Positions 13,201-26,570 of a stretch of DNA of 64,000 nucleotides are shown piece by piece. Location of the stretch: contig JBLDXI010000021.1 of NCBI GenBank assembly GCA_047495785.1, positions 1,612,001 to 1,676,000 of the forward strand, read 5' to 3'. Every line of letters begins with the position of its first letter. Within the stretch, counting starts at the first letter, position 1. The stretch is from Lepidodermella squamata. Lineage: Eukaryota > Animalia > Gastrotricha. Position numbers and translations under genes: made by a program. The notes under the pieces were generated by a model. That model was given only the letters and a program-made list of their open reading frames with translations, was not told the origin of the DNA and did not search any database.

Positions 13201-16200
13201 GCTGAGGCGTGCTAATCGAGTTGGAGGCAGAGCTGATTGGAAGCGAAGCAACGGAAGCAGTGTCACTGCCACCCATACTCGAAGATAGCTCCAAAGCTTT
13301 GAATGCATAAACTGCAACTATATTTTGGATCGAAGCCTCAACTTCGGGTGTAGAAAGAGGGCTTTTCATCATAACAGAAGCAATCGAAGTGGCTAGATCG
13401 ACTTTGACATTCATCACCAATGTTTCTAGAAGCAAGAGCGGCTTATGGATCAATAAGCCACATGCCTCCTTAAGATCGTCAGGAATCAGCTTAGCAATCT
13501 TAACCATTTGGTCCAATCGGTCAACGAGCTGCCCGTTTTCCTTCGAACTACTATCCAGTAAATCACGAATTCGGCGCGATTTGCAAAATTCGAGCAAAGC
13601 ATACACTCTTGACGGCAGCATGCAAACAACAGCGGCGGATGACATGACCAAATTGTTTAAAAACGCAATAATCAACTGTTTCCCAGATTCGGGATCACTG
13701 GTCGTCAGAATGTCCAGCTGCTGGACAACCCGAGCTTGTTGTTCAGGGGATGTCATAGTTTCCTCTAAGTGTGACGTCAAATAGGCGGACATCAGACGAG
13801 TAGCCAACGAGACTGGGAAAGCAGATGCGCCGCAAACATTCAGCAGCTGAAGGCCAGTTGAAAAATCTCCGGCTGATATTAAACTATCGGCAACGTAGTC
13901 CGATTGATTTGTGATCAAGCTATTGATCTGTTCGACTGTAGTTGTCGTCACATCACGACGCAGCAAGGCAGCGAGACGCATCCATAGGTCAACTCGCTTC
14001 TGCCAGTCTTGGAGCCAATCAATTAGTTCCTTAGCGGATGATCCATTGCTTTCACTCCTCGTCTTGCTTTCATCAGTCTCCTCGCTTTGACTCTCGGTTT
14101 TCGTGCCAACGACCACCTCCAGCATATTAGACCCAGGCGCGGGATCTTCAAATGCTTCCAAGTCAGGTATTTTCGGAAGAGGACAAGTTAACACAAGGTA
14201 ATCGAAGCCAGACAGCGTAAATTGAAGGCAATGTCTTCGCATGACCTCCAGTCGAAGACATGGGTCTGAAATTCTGGCAATCATCTGAACGACGCGTGAG
14301 AGGTCTAGGTCGCCCGAGCTGCCCGGTGATGTCGGGTTGAAAAAAGATTCGACAGCGTAAATAATCGCCATATCGCGATATTCAACGACCGAAGGCAGTG
14401 AATTTATCGGATCCGGTAGAATGTCGAAGAACCCAAGTGAATTAACGCCACTAGCGTCTTCTGGTTTGACCATCAACGAACGAAGAACTGTTGACGTGAA
14501 CCAAGCGCTCAGGTCCGAAACCAGAAGTGTCGCTTTCAAGGGCGAAGGCAGTAACAATATCGAATCTAGTGATGACGGGAAACTAGGATTGACCGACGAT
14601 AGCAGAGGAATTGTGGTAACGCTCATATAAGTCAGCAAAGGACGGAAATTTTCCGTAATTCGAGCCTTCAAACTACGAAGCTGAGTCTTCACGAAAGTCA
14701 CTTCTGGTTGGCTTTTGTCGTCAGCTGATTCGCCTCCGAGCAAATGCGCAAAATCACTGAGAAACGCCGTTAAAACGAAAAGTCGCTCATTTCTGTCGTA
14801 AACTAGTTTTGTTGTCTGCCAATTCAGCCGATTAGTTGGAGCTTTTGCTAACTGAACAGAGCTATTACCCGTCCCGGCGGAATCTGAGCAACTCATCCAC
14901 AAACGCGCGGCAATGCTCGAGGTCGGTAATGCGTTGTTACGCTGATGATGCGCATTCACGATTTTACACATTTGTTCTGCGATCGGATCACCGTTGCTGG
15001 ATTCGAATAAATCATTGATCGCCAAGCTAAATAGCTCTTCGACGAGCTGTTGCGATGGTTCGTGAGCTTCAGGTGGCAACTGGGCACACGAGCATGTCGC
15101 AATCGTTTGCAGGAGATCAACATTTAGCCGCTGAGCGATTTCTTCGACGTTGAAATTTCCTGGAGTTGATGTCGATGGTGTCGAAACAGAATAAATTATT
15201 TGCGAAAAAATTGCTTCGGGGCTGAAAGCTAACAAATCGAGTGGGCCTTTCAACTCCTGTTGTTGCTGCTTTTGAAGTCCAAGTTCGCCAAGACTTCGAT
15301 ACATGTCCTTTAATCGACTCCAAAAAGACGCCAAGTATTGATAACGGTTAGCTTTCGACAAATTTTTCGTCGCAGTCGAGCGCATAAAAATAGTTCGACC
15401 GGCTATTTCGACCCAATCAGCAGACAGAAGGGTGACAACTTGGGTTAACATCGCCTCGGCTCTATCATGGTCAGCGGAGTCGAGCGACCCTTCCGTCATC
15501 GTAATCAAACGTGAGAGGCTCATAATTCCAGACCGGGTTTTTGCAACTAAATCGGGATTTATGCTGAAAAGGGGCGACACCAAAACTCCAGACGGAGTCC
15601 AGTCTGGCTGAATTAGCTTCGATGATGTGAACCATTTCAGCGAATTCGTAATCAAATCAGTCAGATTGACTTCCGTTAACACGTTCGCATATTTCAAATA
15701 GTTGGTCAACAGATTTTGAATAGCAGTCAAACCAGTCGATGGCAAATTTGTCAGAAATGCAGCAGCAGTTTCGAGGTTTGAGGAATAGCAGAACGCCAGA
15801 TCGACCATTGCAATAGCCACCAACGACTCTCGAGTGAGGGCAGCTTCTAACAAAGCTGGCCGACCGTACGGCGAATGATTCAAAAACTCAGCCATATTGG
15901 CTTGGAAAAACTCTACATATTGACCGAAAACTTCGCCTTCGAACAGCTTACTCAACTTTTCCTTGATCTCCATTTGAGTCAGTGAGTTTGCTACGAGCTG
16001 ATTCAAAGTCGACATTCTCCCTTCACTCGACGGAGCAATGGAAGCCGATGGGCTCGAAGGAGTCATGGAGGCATTTGACGACGATCGGTTGAGTCTTTGT
16101 TTAGAAGGTGACTCGAAAGGAATTGCCAAACGCAGCCTTTTTCCTGTATTTCCAGTTGCTGGTGCCATCAACAGCACTTCGCTTATGAAAGCGTTCAAGC

Positions 16201-19147
16201 CTCGTTGAAACCTGACTTCCGCCGCAAATTCAGAACTAGGACCAAACTGGCCCGGGTAAGAGCCAAGAATTTGTTCACATCTTTCCAAATCGCGACGATT
16301 GGCCGACCAGCAAAGCGCAAGTAAGTAAGCGGAACAAGCCAATCGTTCGACGAAACCACTGCGAAGTATGTGCATCGTTTCGGAAGTAACCGAACTACGG
16401 CTGGCCGATACTACTTTGATTGTCGACTCGCTACTGGTCTTTTTCAGCCCTTTCTGAGTAGAAATGCTAGAACTAGCATGCCGCCGCCGCTCCCATTCAG
16501 CCGCCTTCGCGCCTCGAAGTTCACGTTTAAAGTAATCGTGCTGGGATAAGGTCAGCTCCAGTGAACTGTAAATCGGAACAACTCCTGAAACAATGCTCAA
16601 GCGCCATAGAGCTTCAGAAACCCCTCGTTGAAGGCGATGCAAACGATCTTTGAAACCAGGCAACTGAAAAGAATCTCGGCCAGTGTGTTCGGACAGAGAC
16701 GCGTCATCGATCTTCTTCAACGATACAAGATGCCCGGTTGCAAGGCGAAAAGAAATGCTCTCTGATTCCAAGCGATGTATGTCGCTAACCAAATCTTTGG
16801 TACACTCGTTCAACGTAAACAGCATATCGCGGAATAAAAACTCGTTTGCTAGACACCCAACTATCTGCTCATGATAGCCTTTAGATTTTGATTGCGATGG
16901 TTCGGTGCTGGCAGCAAGCTGAGTTGAATGAGTGAAAATAGATGAACTCGCCAAGCTTGATCCGGCTTTTGTCATGCCTTCCGCTTGCTTCCCAGCAGAA
17001 TTTGCTCGTTCGTCGTTATCCATGTCACCTTCGGCTTCTTCAGCCGCAACCTCTTGGATCCGCTCATGAACGTGGTCGTAGGTTATGAACAGTAGAGAAA
17101 AGGCATTTTCGATAACTTCAAGCCGCAACCCGAGCGGGTAGATCAACCTACAGTACATGCGACCATAGTCCAGTAGCGTAGTGCAATTAGCGTGGTAGGA
17201 AACCGCAGTTTCCTCATTGAATGCCAATGTGTAAGTTTCAGGCTGGTGGCTGTCATCTAGCAATTCGTTTTTCCGGATCGAAGAATTTTTCGCCTCGTCT
17301 TTAAATAGCGGGTATAAATGAATCGAGCAGCTGTAAACTGCATCGGTCATGTTTCTCAATGCACAGTATGCATAATAAGAGAATATTTGCGCCAATATGT
17401 GAGTATCAGTTAGTGGTTCGACGTCCGATGAGCTCGCCCCGGCTGGCATTTTGAATCGCACAGATTTTCCACCGGCTGGTTGATAACGCACGTTTGCCAA
17501 TTCGATAATTAAATTAACTATTGCATCCGGGTGAAGTTCGCCAATGTCGAGGAAATATTCGACTAAAGTCAAATCCGATGTCATCAACATAAACGTTTGC
17601 AGGCATTTATCCAACTGCATTTTCATTTTATCCTGGGTTAGCTCGTCGAAATGTTCCGATCGCTGGTTCAGCAAGTCAACCTTTTGCAGAAATGTCAGCA
17701 ATAATCGAAGCTTCGACAGCGTTTGATTCGGTACACCAGGGAGCGTCGTTAAATTAAGTTGGCTGTTTTGATCAGGAAAGCACATGTTTCGAAGAGATAA
17801 TGTTTGGGATAACGTTTGACAATGAGGCGCTAGAAGCAAAAACCAAACAGCTTTGTTGTGGCAGAATGGTTTCATGTCAATCAACTGTTTCAACAGGCTA
17901 AGGTCAGCTATCGAGAGACACTCCTTGCAGCATGCTAGAAAAAGTTCGATGTACGTTTTCTTCTCAGAATAAGTGGCCAAGAAGAGCCAAAACAATTTTT
18001 CGTCGTCGGATATTTCCCGCTTCAGCAAACTGCAGAATAGACGTAGTGTTCGCGATAGGGAAGGGTTTGACTCATCCTCAAAGTCAGTCCAGGCTTTGGT
18101 TAGCAGCGATCTTGAGATCATTTCACACAGAGTCTCCGAAGTTTCTCCAGCTTTTTCGCACTCTATTTCGCGACAAAGCGATGAAAATTGAAGCTTACTA
18201 TCGTTAACTAGCTGAGCGAATGGACGGACAGTAGTGAAAGCATTGACTAAGGAATCGACTAATTCTGTAATCGAAGCCTGTGTCATCGGGACTATATTTG
18301 TGAAGACATGCAGTTTCGAAATCAAGTAAAATGCTGTAAAAATTCGTTCGTTTTGCGCGTTTGGAGATACTGTGTCGATATACGGTAAATCGTCGATTGA
18401 TATTTGGACAGATTTGGCGTAAAGCTGACAAATTTGAGTGATAAAAGGTGACTGGCGCAATGCTGCATTGTTTTTTGTCAATGCGACGAGCTCTTCTAAT
18501 ATGGATGAGCCCAACGCAGGATCCTTCAGCAACATTCCAGATAATTGAGCTGTCAACTGCGGACTGGCTACAGCTGTAGGCGATGTCTCCGATGAGCACG
18601 CTTGCCATAATGAGCACAGTTCCTATTGAAAAATGGTCATTTTCAATGATATGCAACCTGTTGAATCGATTTTACCATGACATAGTCGTCAGAAATCAGC
18701 CCGCATTTATTGGCAAATAGTAACGCCAGGTGAAATTCCAGAAGCTTCGTCTCCGCGGAAATCTGACAACATAACGAATATTCCTTTCATAAGTGTCATC
18801 AAACATGAACTATACGAACCAAATCAGAGCAATCATAATGCTTCTGAAACGACTGACAAATGTGCCATAGAGCCTGGTGAATATTAATGCCATTGCGGAG
18901 TCGAGTACTGTGAGAATATTAGTTATAATAACACAAGTCGATAGCATTCAAAGGCTTATTATCCCTACCACTCGGTCCACGGCGTTGTTATGGCTGCTTT
19001 CAACACATCAGCGATTGCATCTCTGAGTTTAACGTCATTTTCCGGATAAAATCGCAAAGCTATCGATGTGATGTCATCATCGCAAATGTTGAGCAGCTCC
19101 TTAAAATGGTGCAGAAAATTGAAATTCGAATGAAGCGTCTCAGTCAT
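10256..19147 (-). CDS. ZFYVE26: Spastizin (zinc finger FYVE domain protein 26, SPG15)
   Basis: FYVE domain WMHDAKTDTCMACHRVRFTMFVRRHHCRRCGRIVCADCS..VCDDC; FSYESAPNLALCLSLL; C-terminal KLRSAYLIAI. Three short N-terminal exons start at 19147 (MTETLHSNF..DAIADVLKAAITTPW|CTRLRNGINIHQALW..|KLLEFHL), followed by exon 18622-12825 and three more exons to the stop at 10256. Confidence 0.9.
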
Positions 19148-19313
19148 TTTCAATGGCCATTTTTCAATAAATCTAAGAACCGAAACATTAACATAAAAAA
19201 TCAACGCCAATACCATCCAGCCATGTCATCTTTTACTGAAAAAGTACAAAACAATAAGAATATAATCTGCGATCGAAAGCAGGAAATCTAATTCAGATAC
19301 GTATAGCAGAAAC

Positions 19314-20386
19314 TTATTCCAAGTGAGCGTGAATTTCTTGACCGAACCCGCGCAGATAGTTCCAAATTGACAAGATAAGGTTTCTAACATATTCAAATTT
19401 GTACGCGATGACTACAAGTGTTAATACGGTATGTATCCAGGAAATCACGAGATAAGGATCGAATTCTCTAACTGGTGACACCGGGAGGACGTTGTCAAGA
19501 AAATCATCCTCGTCAGGCAAGGACGATAAATTGGCTATGGAAACGTTGAAACCAGTCGCATTATTTACTAGCTCAACCAAGAGCGATAAGTCAGCGGTAA
19601 CGGGAGATATTCGGACAACGGGACGCTGAGGTCGGTAAATAATCAACTGAGGGACTGATCCGGCACCAAAGAACGTCGTCGTCCCGCTAGAATTTCAGAA
19701 TTAAACTTGAACAAGGACAAAATCAAAAGTCAGGTTTCTCACCTAATGTCGTTAGCCACGTCAACAGCTACAAATCGCATGCAACACGGTGCATATTGCT
19801 TGGCCAATGCGGAAATGTACGGAGCAACTGCGGCACTAAAACTGCACCATCGCGCGAATAAATAAATGGCAACACATCGCCCCCTTGGTCCATTCGGAAT
19901 CGTTACGGTCGGCGGCTTTGATAATGTAGAGTTCGACTCGTTTTCAGAAGCATCGGTTTGCTCGGTTAGTTCAGGCACATCAGTTGAAGAGCTATTTCCA
20001 GCTTCAACGGTAGTATTTGAGAAAGACAAACTATTCCGATGAGCTGTTATCATGTGCATGGCTGTCGTTAAATTGATGATTTCGATCCCCAAAATGGAAC
20101 CATTCTCAGATACGTAAGGCTCACACAAGGGAATCACGGGCTTGGGAGGCTCGTTAGTTGTTTCATTACTTTGATTTGAAGTAATATCATCCTCAATACC
20201 GAGTATTACAGGTTTGACATCATCGCTAGACGAGCTTGCAAATAATGGCAACTCTCCTTCCAAAGTTTCAACCTCATCGGATGTCTCGTCGTTTAAGACT
20301 GATTCCTCAACGACGCCAGAAGCCGAAGATATAGTGGCGATGAAAAATAGTGAAATGACCAATTTAATTACCAAATTCAAAGCCAT
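19314..20386 (-). CDS. TXNDC15: Thioredoxin domain-containing protein 15-like; exons 20386-19743 and 19686-19314
   Basis: Signal peptide, acidic spacer, atypical thioredoxin site LFARWCSFS (CxxS), GAGSVPQLIIY, C-terminal TM helix, ends GQEIHAHLE. Confidence 0.8.
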
Positions 20387-20645
20387 CGCCTATACAATAT
20401 AAAATACAGTTGACACAGTTAGCAAAAAGGAATGTCAGAAGAGAAAAGGAAACTGACTCAGTCAGCTCATCAACCGATAGAAAAATCGTGTTTATTCCAA
20501 TATGGAGCACTAAAAAATAGATTTGACGTTGGAAGGACAGCGCGAATAATTTGGCAACAAAATATCAATTATGTAGAGCGAAAGAATCAGCTTTGCACTT
20601 TGCGCCCCATCAATAGGGCATTTCGTAAACTAAACAATTATAAGT

Positions 20646-21840
20646 TTAAAAAGACGAAACACCGGAAAATTTTCGGATCTCTTCGTATGTGATCCAAAAC
20701 GTTGTAGACCATGGAGCCTAAGAACAGATATAAACTGAAATGAAGGATAAAAAAATTATCAAATACCATTCGCATCCAAATAGGTAGAAATCCTTTATAA
20801 AGAGCTCTGAAACCTTCACCTCTGACAGTTTTTACCAGGCAATCCAAGGATGAGTTATAATAAAGCGGTTTGCCATCTTTCATTGGCTGATTCATTATTC
20901 TTGTCTTAACGACATCAGCAGGAGTACTGAGTGTGGAGGCAACCAAGCCTGAACACAAACTCGACAATCCATGGGTTATGTAATTATCTTCCAGACTCGT
21001 ATTCCGGAGTAGCCAATGCTTTGCTACATACAAACGTTTTACTTAATTATGCGAATAAGTTGTAGAAACGATTACCAGTATCATACGAAGTCAAATCTGC
21101 AAAGATATTACAATTCATGACGAATTTGTGATCCATTCATATATACTAACCGCCCATGTTAACAAGCGCAGCTCGTTGGACATTTGGAACCCAGCCAATC
21201 CACAGAGCTCGGACAGAACCTCCGTCTCGGACTATTCGAATGGCAGCATCTTTGACGCCACGAACTCTAAACGACGATGGAAGCAACGATTGCGATGACA
21301 CAAATATCAGCAATTCATTACCTTGGTGGAAGTCCCTGAAGTCTCCGCTTGCCTTCCATTTGCATCTGAACTTTGATCAAGTCAGTAGGATTAGCAAGAA
21401 ACTGCGCAAAAGCACCCGCAGACATTCCACAGATACAAGCTTTGCTAAAAAATTGAAAAAATTCAATGGGACCCAGAACTTAGCTGAGCTACATACAGGA
21501 CTGGAAAAGACCCATCTTCCGATTTGCCAAAGACCTTCTCGCGTAAAAACTCGTAGAAAGACATCCGACAGCCACTGTAGATAATATGCCGGTATATAGC
21601 CGGGGTCAAGCCTTGCCAAAGACGCAAAAATCCCTCCTCTTTGACAATACCCGCAGCAGTGGAAAACATTCCAAGCCTCGAACTTTTCTGGCCTCCAGAT
21701 GTATTCAACTCCACATGAAGTTGAAGTCGAGTCTTCGTTAAATCCAGTGGATACGTCACTGTTTCAGCGACTGATGCGGCAGTACAAGTTAGCGCATATT
21801 TAAATGTGAATGATTCCGCGGTATCTCTCTTCAAAGGCAT
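20646..21840 (-). CDS. SLC25A27: Mitochondrial uncoupling protein 4 (SLC25 carrier), 6 exons
   Basis: [51 protein letters not shown]|[34 protein letters not shown]|APWS: three carrier repeats typical of UCP4. Confidence 0.92.
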
Positions 21841-21974
21841 CTATGTCGTATATCGCGATATAATAATTAATAAATAAAAGCTTCAATCCTTTGAAACATG
21901 AAACCTCTATTCCTCTATAATATCCAACAACTCGGCTACGACTAAGTATCTCAAAGGAGCTAAAGAGCGCAAAT

Positions 21975-22787
21975 ACTGCGATTCTGCTACAAAGAAACCC
22001 TGTCTTTCAATTAAAAGAGGGTCAAAACCAAATCAAACATAAGCGTTCTCAAGCCCTCAGTGGGAACTTGTCAGAAACATATCCCCAAGGAGTGAGTTTC
22101 TCTATCTCATCCACTCCAAACTTTCAGTCAGTTGAATCGAAGGTCGAAAAAAAACTAAACGGAGCCTGCCCATCAAAGCAACCGGCGGACGGCGGATATA
22201 GCGCGCGAAGCTGGGAAAATTCAAAAAAGCATTCCAGAGAGCGAGTATAGATGTCATTTTCGAATTCGCCGAATTTCGTTCTGAGTTTTAAATGAGAATC
22301 TTGGTGAAGGAAAATTTGCATAAGCCCGCGCGACCCCCTTTGCTTTTTGCTTGATGACGCTTTTTGCGGCAGAAAAGGGTGCCGGTAGGATCTTTCAGCT
22401 TGCCTGCTAGAAGCTACGTCATCACTCATTGATGAGCTGTGGATTGCTAATTTTCAAGCTGATTTTACAACCCCATATTTAGCTGCGCGCTATTGTGCTG
22501 TTAGCGCTTGGATTCCATACTCCATTTTTTCATTTTTATTTGAGATGACCGCGAGCAGTGCTCCAAAAAGTGGTTTCCTGTCTCGTAACCGGTCAGACAA
22601 TTTTAGAAACTGTCTCTTGCCTTCCATTACAAAAACATGACATGGCTGTCATTTTGACTCCTTACTCGCGTAGATTACAGACAATATGAATGGGCAAAAA
22701 GAATTTTCTTGCATAAAATTGGGATCTAAATGGCCCAGCGACCCCCCAACAATCAAAATACGTGAGATTAGCGAGACAAATCGCAGG
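21975..22787. mobile_element. Possible old non-autonomous DNA transposon between the divergent UCP4 and TMED genes
   Basis: Degenerate inverted ends: CTGCGATT...GAGGGTC (21975-22023) versus GACCCCCC...AATCGCAG (22740-22787). No credible coding content inside. Confidence 0.25.
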
Positions 22788-23057
22788 AAACTCATCAAAT
22801 CTTGTTACCCTATCAGCTGAGCCTCTGAATCTGTCTCTGTCGTAATTTAATTACTATATTACCGTCTTTTTGGAGCTCTGACCGCGAGAAACTTATCCCT
22901 TTAACACTGGACTCATTAACCGTCAACTTAACTAGGAATCGACATCGCGAGAATCATTTTCCGTTTTATGTATCCTATTTGCGTAGCACCTCTGAACTCT
23001 GAAGATATTCAGCTATAAACATGCCGTTTTAGAGTTTAATATTAACCAATAGAAGTG

Positions 23058-23818
23058 ATGAAGTGGTTAATCATCTCCACAATTGCGATTTCGTTGTTTT
23101 CCTCATCGTGGGCGCTGTTTTTTCACATCAATGAAGGAGAACAGAAATGCTTCTTGGAGGAAGTTCCCGATGATACGATGATTGTTGGAATTTACAAGGT
23201 GGAAATGTTTGATCCTCGGGAAAATCGATTTATTCCCACGGAAAGTGGCTTTGGTATGCAAGTTGAAATCAAGGACCCCGAAGGAAACGTAGTTCTCTCG
23301 CGCACATACTCTGCCGAGGGTCGATTCTCTTACACTGCTCATCTCGCTGGTGAGCATACTATTTGCCTGCATTCTAACTCCACCGCTTGGTTCGGAAAAG
23401 CCAAGTTGCGCGTCAACTTGGACTTCCAAGTTTGTTAATTTACCGTAGTATATGAGCAAATGAATATATTCGTTTCATCCAGATCGGTGATCATGCTGTG
23501 GATTATCAGGTTTTGGGTACCAAAGAAAAACTGAGTGAGCTTCAGATTCGTGTCAGGCAACTCATTGATCAAGTTGACCAAATCCAGAAGGAGCAAACTT
23601 ATCAACGCGTAAGTATTTATTTAATCGCGTCCCGTCTTTAAATGTACCAATGTATATAATTTGAATAGACTCGCGAAGAGCGTTTCCGCCAGACCTCAGA
23701 AACTACGAATCAGCGCGTTTTGTGGTGGGCCGTTGGTCAAACTGTGCTGCTGCTGTTGATGGGATTCTGGCAAATGCGTCATTTGAAGTCTTTCTTCATT
23801 GCGAAGAAATTGGTTTAA
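23058..23818 (+). CDS. TMED9: p24 alpha family cargo receptor (TMED4/TMED9/eclair-like), 3 exons
   Basis: Signal peptide, [22 protein letters not shown] domain, [25 protein letters not shown]|[20 protein letters not shown], ends FFIAKKLV. Confidence 0.92.
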
Positions 23819-24057
23819 AGTCTCGTCAATCCTTGTTTGGCTAAAATGTTGTGCTTTAGACGGATGTGTTATCTTATTATAAATCATATTGCTGAAGCTG
23901 TTTCATCTCGTTGACACGCAGTGCATTAATCCAAATATTATGAAGTCCGCGTATAACGTTTTTTCTGAAGGAATATAGGGATTAAATTAAGACGGTGTTG
24001 ATATTCCGTTCATGGTAATTATTTTATTTTTAGGCATTTTAACTATCAGTGTTGAAA

Positions 24058-26312
24058 ATGCTGCGAAGTGCAACACAACGCTCGATGCAGTTGCGTTCGG
24101 CGAAGCTATCTCGCAGGTAATATACTGAACTATTGCCTTCTTGGTTAAAATGCGATACAATCAGTCAAGAAATTGTTAAATTTGAAACCTTTTTATTCAG
24201 ATACATGTCTGATGGCCCGTCAATGAAAACGCCGTTCGAAGAGCCAAAGAGAGGAAATCTGGGACGGAATCTATTTTGGCTAACAGCAGGCACACTGGCG
24301 GCCGGCGGTGGCGCCCTCGTTTACGCATCAAAAGATGAGCGAGTTCGAGAATTGATCGAAACCAATATACCAAATTCAAAGCCATGGGTAGATGGAGCCG
24401 GGCAATTTAGCACAACGGTTGCTGATTACTATAGCAAAATGTGAGTAAATAGGATAAGTTTTAATGTGCTAATTATTATGAGTTGATTCAGATCGCAATT
24501 GACTGGCAGCAAAACTCCTGCACCTGCCGTTCCAGTTGAAACCAAAGAAGCGCCAGTTGCTGAACCGAAGAAATCAGATCCAGCACCATTGCCTGCCGCT
24601 ACTGTTGAACCTCCGAAGCCTAAAGTGGAAGAGAAGCCCGCCCCTGTCCCTCCGCCTCCAGTGAAGAAATCGCTGGATAATTTGCTCTCTCAAGTTGTGT
24701 CTGAAGTAGACAAAGCTATTAATGAGGCTAAGGAATACGTAGATTCTGTGTGCAAAGATGCTTTGACGGTAAGGGTGATGATTTGAATCATTTTGCAGTG
24801 TTTAATTATATTTTGTAGGACGGATCTTCCAGTTCGAAGCGGGATGAAGTTCGCAGAAATATCTTAGCGAAAGTCGAAAGCTCAGTTCAAGAGCTTCGAA
24901 ATGAGATTTCACTTCGTCTCAGTGAAGAGGGTGCTGCTTTGCAAACCCAGGTGCTCGATATTCAGCACAAATTGGATACCGCCGTTCGAAACGTGAGTCG
25001 ACAATTTGGAACGTGAGTATATGCTAAATATTATACCTTTTCAGCTCAATTTAGCTACTTTGGAAGCGGAAGCATTTAAAATGTATTCGAAGCACTATTC
25101 TGAAAAGTTGAAGGAAGAGTTGTCAAACAAAGCGAATTCTATCCAAGAGGCTGTGGTCCTCGCTGTTGAAAATATCAACGGTTGGTATTTACAATTAGAT
25201 GGTATCTATGAATTCTAATGTCTAAATTTCTAGATGTCAAGCTGAGCAACAAAGATTTGCAGCAATTCATTGCGTACGGCTATCGGAAACTCAAGCAACT
25301 TCAAGAGCAACTTGCCGGCCATGATGCAGCCGGAAAAGAGGCGTTGAAAAATGTCTTAGAAGGGCAGCGAGGCGAAGTTGCCAAAGTCTTGGCCGCTCAG
25401 TACGAAGCCGACCTTGAAGCCGTGAAACGCGCCTTAGAGGCGGCCAAGCAACAAGAGATATTGGAGATTGAGCAAAAGCTCCACGATATTCATAATGACC
25501 AACTTGCACGACAGGCTTCGGCACATACTCAACATTTACAGGAGGTTCTTGAGATGCAAGAACGCCAGTTGCGGGCCAAGTTCGAGACTAGCGTTCAGGA
25601 ACTCCTCGCATTGGAGCGGAGTAAACAAGAACACGAATTGGCTGTATTAAAGGCTCGCGTTTCGGCTGTACGTAAGATTTTGAGTGATCGCGCGGAAATC
25701 GATAAAATTTCCTCGAAATCGCACCAACTATGGATTGCAACCCAAGCGTTGCATGACGAGCTTTTCACTGCGGATAGCACTAAACAAACGGCACATGTTA
25801 CTCCTATGCTGAAGGCAATCAATTCAAGCTTTGGGGACGATCCATTTGTTTCGACACTGGTTTCGCAATTTAATAAGGAAGTCGATGTTGCCAGCCAGGC
25901 TGCTTTGGCTGATCGATTTTCACGCGTGCGGCGAGTTTGCCGGCGTGTGGCCGCTGTCTCGGACCCGCCGACCTTTTCGGCCTACCTCTGGTCGTATTTG
26001 CGATCTGTTTTCATTCTCGACCCGCCTGCCCTACCTGTTTTAGTCGACGCTGACGGTAAAAAGTTTATCGAGACTTCAGATCCCGATACCTTGACTATTT
26101 TGACGACTGCGCAGAAGTTGTTGGATAGCAACGATCTAGAGCTGTGTGTCCGATTGATGAACCAGTTGACTGGCGAAGCTCGAAATGTCGCGCATGACTG
26201 GCTCGCTGATGCTCGCCGACTTCTCGAACTGCGCCAAGCGGCCAATGGACTACTGGCTTTCGCTGCCGCTAACAGCTCGGTGGGATTCTTAACTTATCAA
26301 GGGCTGAATTGA
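24058..26312 (+). CDS. IMMT: MICOS subunit MIC60 (mitofilin), 6 exons
   Basis: R/S-rich mitochondrial presequence, TM helix GTLAAGGGALVYA, coiled coil LARQASAHTQHLQEVL, mitofilin domain DLELCVRLMNQLTGEARNVAHDWLADARRLLE. Confidence 0.9.
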
Positions 26313-26570
26313 AAATAAACAAACCTGTGAAACTTCCCTTAGAACCTGTGTCACTGAAGAACTTCAAAAGTCGTGCGATTGTTTTAAATTTATGAGAGCT
26401 TATAGCTGTGAAAATGAATAAAAACCCGTAACCGATTATTAGGTAGTCCTGTCGGTTCGAAAACCGCCCGATGCGTTTATTTTGCTATCCTCCGTGACGC
26501 AATAAATAATGATTTTTGTTTTTCGAACTCGATAGGGTTGTCTTAATTTTACATACCGACTGAGAAGCTG

